Below are positions 41,466 through 51,400 of a stretch of 64,000 nucleotides of DNA, piece after piece. This DNA is from Nemertoderma westbladi (lineage: Eukaryota > Animalia > Xenacoelomorpha). The notes below the pieces were generated by a model. It did not search any database. It had not been told where the DNA came from and saw only the letters and a list, made by a program, of their open reading frames with translations. The translations under genes were made by a program, and so were the position numbers. Position 1 is the first letter of the stretch. Each line of letters opens with the position of its first letter. The stretch covers positions 9,613 through 73,612 of the forward strand of contig JAUCBJ010005018.1 in the NCBI GenBank assembly GCA_032718475.1. The letters run 5' to 3'.

Positions 41466-42457
41466 TTAAGGGTCCCTCTTTCCCATAACAACTAGCTAGC
41501 TATCTCTATAAAGATAAGTTTTTGTTTCGTTATTATTTAATATTATCGAGGCAAAGTGCAAACTCAAAGTAATAAATAATTTACTATTATTATTTATTAA
41601 ACTTCGGTGGATATATATTATTCAAAGCAAAACATCGATACATAGACTTTACCTTTATGGATACCAAATTTTCTTTCAGTATCGTTCAATCTATTTCAAC
41701 TACTGTAAGTGTACGTTGTTACGACTAAAACGTTCTAGATTGGATCCCGAACCCTTACCCTTAAATCCACCTATTTCAAACTAAAATAATGTTTCAATTT
41801 TCCAATAAAATTAGGTACTAATGTTGATTAACGCACTTGTTATTAAACATAAATTTGTTGGACTACCTATTAACTAAGTTATTTACCGTAGTTTTTTTTG
41901 TGCATTTGTGAAATTATTATATTAAGCCGGCACTTGCAATGGAACCAAAACCTTATTACATAATAATATGAGAAATCACTGTAGGATAGAAAGTGTTAAT
42001 AATTTATACAAATACCGACTAACTGACTCATAATAGAAACTGTAGGCTATAATCCCACAAACAAAACCAGAACCATAAAACAGGAGATTGCTCAGCACAA
42101 AACTCAGAAGGGAAGGATGGGAAGGCCAACCGCGATGTGTATATGGCATGTGGGCGATTGAAACATGTTGTTAATTGTACACAATGTGATTTGTGTTGAA
42201 TATTAATAAGAAAAATTTAGTATAATTATACATATTTTTTAAAGATTAAGCTAGGGTTCGCATATGCTATGCTACGCGGGCTAAAAAGTATTTTTTCTTA
42301 AAATTCACCACACTTTTCACAATCAATAATTTACTCCTAATTAATCCAGCGATACAATTGACACATGTATACAGTAATCAATAAAATCAATGGTAAAAAT
42401 ATTCGTATGTGTGAATTTGCAATTAGATGCTAAATATGGAAATATATTCAATGAAAT

Positions 42458-44713
42458 GCCCTCATACTCCTAACCATCTGGGTAACAACGGTTGTTTGGG
42501 TCCCCCTCATACTCCTAACGATCTGGGCAACTGGGTCCCCCTCATACTCCTAACCAATCTGGGCAACAACGGTTGTTTGGGTCCCCCTCATACTCCTAAC
42601 CAATCTAGGCAACAACGGTTGTTTGGGTCCCCCCTCATACTCCTAACCAATCTGGGCAACAACGGTTGTTTGAGTACCCCTCATACTCCTAACCAATCTG
42701 GGCAACAACGGTTGTTTGAGTACCCCCCATACTCCTAACCAATCTGGGCAACAACGGAGTCCCCCTCATACTCCTAACCAATCTGGGCAACAACGGTTGT
42801 TTGAGTACCCCCCATACTCCTAACCAATCTGGGCAACAACGGTTGTTTGAGTACCCCTCATACTCCTAACCAATCTGGGCAACAACGGTTGTTTGAGTAC
42901 CCCTCATACTCCTAACCAATCTGGGCAAGAACGGTTGTTTGAGTCCCCCTCATACTCCTAACCATCTGGGCAACAACGGTTGTTTGGGTCCCCCTCATAC
43001 TCCTAACCATCGGGGCAACAACGGTTGTTTGGATCCCTCTCATACTCCTAACCATCTGGGCAACAACGGTTGTTTGGGTCCCCCTCATACTCCTAACCAT
43101 CTGGGCAACAACGGTTGTTTGGGTCCCCCTCATACTCCTAACCAATCGGGGCAACAACGGTTGTTTGGATCCCCCTCATACTCATAACCATATGGGCAAC
43201 AACGGTTGTTTGGGTCCCCCTCATACTCCTAACCATCTGGGCAACAACGGTTGTTTGGGCCCCCCTCATACTCCTAACCAATCTGAGCAACAACGGTTGT
43301 TTGGGTCCCCCTCATACTCCTAACCATATGGGCAACAACGGTTGTTTGGGTCCCCCTCATACTCCTAACCATCTGGGCAACAACGGTTGTTTGGTTTCCC
43401 CTCATACTCCTAACCAATCTGGGCAACAACGGTTGTTTGGGTCGCCCTCATACTCCTAACCAATCTGGGCAATAACGGTTGTTTGGGTCCCCCTCATACT
43501 CATAACCATATAGGCAACAACGGTTGTTTGGTTTCCCCTCATACTCCTAACCAATCTGGGCAACAACGGTTGTTTGGTTTCCCCTCATACTCCTAACCAT
43601 CTGGGCAACAACGGTTGTTTGGGCCCCCCTCATACTCATAACCATCTGGGCAACAACGGTTGTTTGGGTCCCCCTCATACTCCTAACCATCTGGGCAACA
43701 ACGGTTGTTTGGGCCCCCCTCATACTCATAACCATATAGGCAACAACGGTTGTTTGGGACCCCTCATACTCCTAACCATATGGGCAACAACGGTTGTTTG
43801 GGTCCTCCTCATACTCCTAACCAATCTGGGCAACAACGGTTGTCTGGGTCCCCTTCATACTCATAACCATATAGGCAACAACGGTTGTTTGGGTCCCCCT
43901 CATACTCCTAACCATCTGGGCAACAACGGTTGTTTGGGCCCCCCTCATACTCATAACCATATAGGCAACAACGGTTGTTTGGGACCCCTCATACTCCTAA
44001 CCATATGGGCAACAACGGTTGTTTGGGTCCTCCTCATACTCCTAACCAATCTGGGCAACAACGGTTGTCTGGGTCCCCTTCATACTCCTAACCATATAGG
44101 CAACAACGGTTGTTTGGGTCCCCCTCATACTCCTAACCATCTGGGCAACAATAACGGTTGTTTGGGTCCCCCTCATACTCCTAACCATCTGGGTAACAAG
44201 GGTTGTTTGGGTCCCCCCCACACTCCTAACCAATCTGGGCAACAACGGTTGTTTTGGCCCCCCTCATACTCCTAACCATATGGGCAACAACGGTTGTTTG
44301 GGTCCCCCTCATACTCCTAACCATCTGGGCAACAACGGTTGTTTGGATCCCCCTCATACTCCTAACCATATGGGCAACAACGGTTGTTTGGGTCCCCCTG
44401 ATACTCCTAACCATCTGGGCAACAACGGTTGTTTGGGCCCCCCTCATACTCCTAACCATCTGGGCAACAACGGTTGTTTGGGTCCCCCACATACTCCTAA
44501 CCATCTGGGCAACAACGGTTGTTTGGGTCCCCCTCATACTCCTAACCATCTGGGCAACAACGGTTGTTTGGATCCCCCTCACACTCCTAACCATCTGGGC
44601 AACAACGGTTGTTTGGGTCCCCCTCATACTCCTAACCATCTGGGCAACAACGGTTGTTTGGGTCCCCCTCATACTCCTAACCATCTGGGCAACAACGGTT
44701 GTTTGGGTCCCCC
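42458..44713. repeat. 45/46-bp minisatellite, left part
   Basis: Unit GGTCCCCCTCATACTCCTAACCATCTGGGCAACAACGGTTGTTTG; interrupted by the LTR element. Confidence 0.97.
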
Positions 44714-45909
44714 TGTAAAAGCTTTTGCGGATATACTCAGTCCCCCTCGCCCGCAAGGTACCGTTATAGGTGTTTTAACGGACATAAAAGTCATTCTTCT
44801 ATATACGTGCTTTGGAGGACATGGTAAGGCAAAAAACCCGCAATGCACCAAATACCCTTGCACAGCTTAGCCTTGATGATTCAGATTACGACATCTAACA
44901 GCTGGTTGCTGACATGGAAACGGCCATTGGACACATGGTTCTTTGTTTGCTTAACAGCCAATCAGAGCGATTTTTTCTGTCGATGTGGAGCTTTTTGGCA
45001 GATCATGCTAGGAGTGTTCAGTCTTACTGTTTTTTCTTGATACTGTTGTGTTGTTGCTATCTAGGCCAGGAACACCGGCTCTAGAGTCAATTCGTTTTCA
45101 TACTTTAGAAGAAACATTAGTAGGCTTAAGATTATAGAGCGTATAACTGTTAACAGTCCAGTCTATGTCATATATCACATATCATTACTTGTCATATCAT
45201 ATCTTAACCTACCGTCTTAATGTTTTCGCTGTTGTCATATTTTGTATCAGTTGGTTGAATCCTATTTGGAGAACATTTATAAAGAACCCAAATTTCCCAA
45301 TTTTCTTGATACACTACAGGTTAGAGAGACGGGTTATATATAGCGATTGCGACTTATATTGTTGTGGTTTGTAGTGAATTTAATGCTATTTGATAAGCAC
45401 TACATGAGTCCGTTGCTGTTCTCTTTATATATGATAAAATTCATTGACGGTCGGCAAATTAGTGAGCAGTATTGTGTGTTACCGGTAGTGTGCATGATTG
45501 TGGCTGATAACTAAGCATTTCCTAAAGAATGCGCCTCATACGTGAATCATAAGCCTTACCGACTTACCGTTGTGATTAGTATAAGTGATATCTCTGTTTA
45601 CCTAGATAGAGCGCCACGTCCTAAAGGAACTGTTAATATTTCCCGAAAGTGAATAATATTAGTCAGAAATTATTTATTAACGATCAATCGAATAATACAG
45701 TAAGCTTACACTGCAATAATAATCTAAGCCCTCAGAATCCAGTCTCCCGGGTATATCCAGCGGGTGAATGGACGCGCACTAGGCTGGCTTCTGCTAATGT
45801 TGTGTTTATTGGTATTAAATATTTGTCAACTTCTAAAGTCTATTTATAAACCATAAGACATATAAATTTTGGCAGGTTAAACTGCTAAAGGTCTTCAAAA
45901 GCGCGTACA
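44714..45909 (+). repeat. 5' LTR
   Basis: TGTAAAAGCTTTTG...CAAAAGCGCGTACA with imperfect terminal inverted repeat (11/14). About 9 substitutions versus the 3' LTR by eye. Confidence 0.97.
44926..45022 (+). promoter_or_regulatory. Putative LTR promoter (CCAAT boxes plus initiator)
   Basis: ATTGG 44926-44930, GCCAATCAG 44957-44965 and Inr-like TCAGT 45018-45022. Motif-only inference. Confidence 0.4.
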
Positions 45910-45974
45910 ATAACAGTTATTGTCTTTATTGCAGTAAGCAATAAAGTTGAAAGTACCGGTCGACCGGTAAACCT

Positions 45975-46102
45975 GAACCGGTACTTCTGTAGGTCAGTAG
46001 GCCCAACTGCCAGAACCGGTACTGCTGTAGGTCCGTAGGTCCAACTGCCAGAACCGGTACTTCTGTAGGTCCATAGGCCCAACTGTCCTAACCGGTACTT
46101 CC
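45975..46102. repeat. ~37-bp tandem repeat in the retrotransposon leader
   Basis: About 3.5 copies of AACCGGTACTKCTGTAGGTC..TAGGYCCAACTGCCAG. Confidence 0.8.
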
Positions 46103-46269
46103 AGTATAAGTACATTAGTATTATTCGATTTGATTATTGTATACCGGTAGGTCTTAGTATTTAATCAGGGACTGCAGCCCTGGTTTTTTATTGAGATTTT
46201 ACTTATTTCTGTCAGTTTTATTTCCTAGTAAGTTAATATTGAGCTGAAGACGTATAAGTCTGCTCAGAT

Positions 46270-46860
46270 TGTTCAGATAATTGTAGGCCAGACTGTTGTC
46301 GGATTGTTGTTGGGTTTGGAGAGATTGTGGCGTGTGTAGAGTTTGTCCGATAGAGTGCCAGTTAGTAAGTTGGGGCAGCCATAGCTGTAAGGTCAATCCC
46401 CTCTTAAAGAATAAGTCGTACTACCGTGTTAGAACGCATACTAACTAACCATTTTGGAATCTGCACATACTGTAGTTTATTTAGGCTTGACAGTATTCTG
46501 CCAGCGTTTTGGCCTGTGTTTGTTTGTGTGGTCTGTTCAGGTACCGTAATAGTTATTGCTCCGATATTTTGTAGGCTGGATTGTTGTCTAGCTACTATTA
46601 GGTCTGAAGAGATTGCTGCGTGTGTAGAGTTTGTCTGATAAAGTGCCAGTTAGTAAGTTGGGGCAGCCATAGCTGTAAGGTCAATCCCCTCTTAAAGAAT
46701 AAGTCGTACTACCGTGTTAGAACGCATACTAACTAACCATTTCGGAATCTACACGTACGGTAGTTTATTTAGGCTTGGTGGTAGTCTGCCAGCGTTTGGT
46801 TTGTATTTTGTTTGAGTATTCTGTACGGGTAGCGTAATATTTATTATTCAGAGTTTATGC
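46270..46860. repeat. Two tandem 288-bp units in the retrotransposon leader
   Basis: GAGATTG...AGTGCCAGTTAGTAAGTTGGGGCAGCCATAGCTGTAAGGTCAATCCCCTCTTAAAGAATAAGTCG... at 46321 and 46609. Confidence 0.85.
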
Positions 46861-48457
46861 GATTATTCGCAACATTCATGTCCCCAAGTTTATTCCTACA
46901 GTAATTGTGTTTGTTACACATACCGTTATAGTTAAATTAACCCCGGTACTACACGGGCTGCTTGGCGTAGGAAAAGACTGGTGACTTTGTGCTTCGGTCA
47001 CTCCAGCAGATGCCGTGGTTCTTTTAACTGTTCAAGTATATTTAACTACTGATTATTTGTTGTACCAGTACTTGTACCTAATTCAGGGTTTAGTGTACAG
47101 TGCTTTCCGAAAGTAATTAGTGTGTGGGCAGTATATTTGTGTTGTAAAGTGGTTAATAGGCACGTTGGATCTGGTAGTCCGCGGTAATTAACTTCCAGGT
47201 AGGAACACTCCGTGATACATAACGTAGTACCTATAGCGATACGGCTATAGGTCGTCAGGCGGTGGTATTTTCTTATCTGGACAGTGCAATATATTTACTA
47301 CTACTTATTATTTTCAAATACCGTAGTACCCTGTCCGTTGTAATAAACAGAATTCTAACCCTTTGTTAGACTGGTTTGTAGACTTCCTGTAAAATTACCC
47401 TAAAATTTCGTACGTAATATTTTTGTTGTGTTTAATTAGAGAATTAATCTCACCCGTATCGTAAGTAATTTGTAGTATTAAGTAACTTAGGTAAATTAGA
47501 ATTATCTGTTTTAGTGTCCCATAAGTAGCACTCCACTGAGAGCGCACAGCTTCTGTGTAGTGACTTCCCCCAGAAATAATAACATTTATTTCAAGTATTG
47601 ACAAAACCCATTTTAAACAGGTATATAAATATTATAAATCAACTCAAACGATTTATAAATAGTAGGCCTGCCATACAACAACTAGGTCTCAATATCAGTT
47701 GGACTACTGCTTAAATAACGGTAATAAAGTAAGTTAAAGTAACCAAGTAACCCTAAAATATTCAGAAATTCAATTATTCTAAAATAATTGACATACCGGT
47801 ATTTACCATAGGCTTATTATATTTATTTCTATAAATTTGGGCTGAAATCATACCGGTACTCTGTAATTAATTCTAGTTCATAATTATACTTATATATACT
47901 ATAAGTGCAAGCTGTATACCGGTATTCACGATAGGCCTATTATATATTTATATATATTTGTGCTAAATTTATATACCGGTACTCTGTGACAAAACTAGTT
48001 TACAATACTTATATATATTATAAGTGTATACCGGTATTCTAATATACTGCAATAAATTACCGGTACTAGGCCAACGGTCATACTGAATTACTAGACTTGC
48101 TTTAACTGTAACTATAGCAGTAAGCATTCAACTGTATAGCTAAACATGTCTGACACCCAGCAAAACCTGTCAGACAGTCTAATCGATACAACCATCTGTG
48201 ACACAGATAGGAGTGTGGAGCGATTAAGAAAGGAGTTCAGCTCACCTCCTACTGAAAGAAAGGTCATCCCTCCAGTAGTAGTATCAGACCCTAAGCTAAT
48301 CCAACACCGTAGGTCTATCATTGGCACTCGGGCCTAAGTCAAGCGGAACCAGGAAGCAGCTGTCCAACAGCAGCAACATCCTAGTCAAGAAACTTGTTCC
48401 CAGCGATCAGATAGCTCCAGTAGTTCGGATACTGTAGAGCTGACCCCCGAACGCGGA

Positions 48458-51400
48458 TTGCAGATGGCGGCTACAGCCTACTCGGACCCCCTTCTCACCC
48501 TTCCTGCCGCAGTACTAACTACTATATTGATTGCGGTGGAAGAACATCAAGCCGATTGGGCGAGAAGTATGAGCGCGACCCAAGATAATTATGCGGGATA
48601 CGCCAGGGAAGAATTGATGTCTGTTGTCGAGTCACAATGGAACTTTCCCGGACCCGGACTCCCGTTAGATTTGTCCGAGGCTACTTGGGAAGATATACAC
48701 AGGATGGGAGTGGCTAAAGATACGATGGATCCAGCTGTTTGGAAGAGGTCGGCAGCAGGATATGTGCAGGGATTCTTCGGCTCCTTAGAGCGATTGGAAG
48801 AACAATTGTTTCGACAACCCCAAGGACCTCAAGAGCAGGAAGAGCTGCTTTATCAAGTACGTGAAAGAACCCTACGCATTAGACTAATCCTATCAGCCTT
48901 TGAGGAAACTTCCAAAAGAAGACAGGACATGTCGCTGCAGGTTGCTGTCAAAACTTGGTTCCAGCGGGTAGGTCTCAAAGTACAAGAAATGGACCAGTGG
49001 AAATCCCAGCTGTCTGAGAGACTAACCTATGAAGAACCAACCGATGCCACCCTTTCTCAAGTGGAAGGCGAAGAGACCGCAGAGAGACCACGAACGAGAG
49101 ACGCCATCGACATTTATCTGTCCGACTATCAGCGTTTCCTAGGAGACGAACAGTTGAGGAGACGGCTGTCTGGACTTTCCCCTAATAGTGAAGGAACCCA
49201 GCGTGTGTTAGACTCAATCGATGCTGAAATGTTAGCTGCAAACCAAGCTAAATTTGATGAAAAACTTCGCCTCGCTAGAGTCCAGGAAGAAGAAGTAAAG
49301 AAAAGACGGATAGAGGAACAAAAGGCGGCGGCCATGACAGAAGCAGAAGTAGAAAGAAAGGCAGCGGCGGCAGAAGCAGAAGCAGAAAGAAAGGCAGCGG
49401 CAGCAGAAAGAAAAGCAGCAAAGGCAGTGGCAGAAGCAGAACGGAGAGCCTCTGAGGAGACTACCCAACTGGAGTTGGAGAATCTGCAAGAGACGCAAGA
49501 CAACATAAATAAACAGTTAACTGCTAGTCACATGCAGATGATGAGAAGATCTACTCCCAAACGCCAGGGATATACGTCATCGGAGGAAAGCGAAACCACC
49601 GATCCTGAAGGCGGAGGAAATAGATCTCGTCTCAGCAGGCGTAGAAAAACATCTTACCGTCACAAATTGCCTGATTTGCCCCCAGCTGTGAGAAGACAAC
49701 TAGCTAGCACAGACTTAAGTAGAATAGAACCTACAGACCAAATTATTAAGGTCAAAAAACTCCCTACTATAGTTGATGAGCCTGAAATAATTAGGCCTGT
49801 CGTTCCCAAAGTCACTCCTGTGCTAGAGACCCCTGTACTTCCAGAGCTTAACTCTAAGTTCCCTTTACACAGTACTACACTGCCTGTACCCGGTAGAACA
49901 GTCCATGAGAATATCCCTGTCCCGGAAGCTGAGAGAGAAATCAAAGATTTGTCTCCCGTCGTCCCGCGTCAGCCCGCTACAATGTTGGCGACTCCCGCTT
50001 CGGCAGTAGAGTGGGTAGAGGAGGGACGGCGGGGGATGAATCTCCTGCTCGGACAGATGCAGGAGACTGTCCACCAACTTAAGGGAACAGTAAGGGAAGG
50101 TAGGGCCGAATTGCAAGAAGTGCAGCAAAGTATCGCGCTAGAACGCGACAAATTAGTCAATATCCAAAAAGGGATACCAATACCCCCTGTAAAATTGTGT
50201 CAACCTGTTAGGTCTGAAGTATTACATGCGCAAGGTGTGGAGCCTACACGCATCTATACTGCTAGTGAAGTAGAAACTCCTATAGCAAACCCTATTAAGG
50301 GTGATTATAGACCTGTTGTTAATGATATTCCTTATAGACCTGATAATGATCCGAGAAATTTATATACCGATAATTCGATATTAAATAACACGATGGCCCA
50401 AGAAAGCTTTACGCGTCAGATGGCTAGAACAGAAGCCCGCCAAGCGGTCAAAGTGGGAGAGATCGTCAAATTCAATGGAGATGAGATGAAATGGTTACCT
50501 TTCAACGAATATTACAAAGACAGCATACAGAACTCTGTGCTGTCTAACGGAGAGAAACTTAAGTTCCTCATCAAGTGCTTGGAAGGACCTCCCAAGTTAA
50601 TGGCGTTAAAGTTTATTGGACATCCAGAAGGATTAAGACAAGTTTGGGATACATTAAACATCAGGTATGGTAACAAGGATAACATAGCTAAGTATTTGTA
50701 TGCAAAATTAGTAGCCCCCCAAAACTTCCTTAGTAGCGGGATTATAGAGTTTTCCGATGAGATTCAGGAGATCTGTAGACAATTGGACTGGTTAGGTAAG
50801 TCTCATGAATATCAGAGTTCCATGGTTATTGGAGCCGTAGTCTCTACTTTACCAAAGGGTGGAGTATGTACACGCTGGGACAAGAAAGTGTTGTACATGA
50901 ATGAACAACAACGACGAAGCCCTACCATGGCTGATCTCATGTCCTTCTTAGATGGTGAGGTAAAACTACAACTCATCAAGCAGTCCAGAGAGAAAACATC
51001 GGAAAATAAGGTAAGTGAGAAACCCGCTTCTAGGAGAAGAGTAACACCGGTGTGTTACACTGACGACGGCGAAAGCCAAGCTTCTCAAGAAGAAGACAGT
51101 GGGAAAGACACTGACCGATCTTACTACGTTAGCAAAACCCCAAAGGACGTAAGTAAATACAAGTCTCGAACCAACGATAGGAGAGAACAGGTTGCCAAGA
51201 CCCCTCCTCAGTCCCCTAACAGAATGCACGTAAGAAAGCCCGAACAAAGAACGAGAGTGCATCAGGTTACCCAAGGTAAAGTGAGTAACATAAAACCTAA
51301 CTGTGCGCTGTGCGACGGTACCCACCGTTTGAGTGCGTGTGCTGAATTTCTAAAGAAATCCCTTGTAGACAGACGTGCAGTCGTATGGGATAAGCGGTTA

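Noticed and set aside
42427-44870. GPPHTPNHLGNNGCL repeat protein
   Set aside because: 45/46-bp units shift frame freely, there are no splice signals, and the array is interrupted by an LTR element.
44843-45849. Small ORFs repeated in both LTRs
   Set aside because: They recur only because the LTRs are duplicates; 65-69 aa with no motifs.
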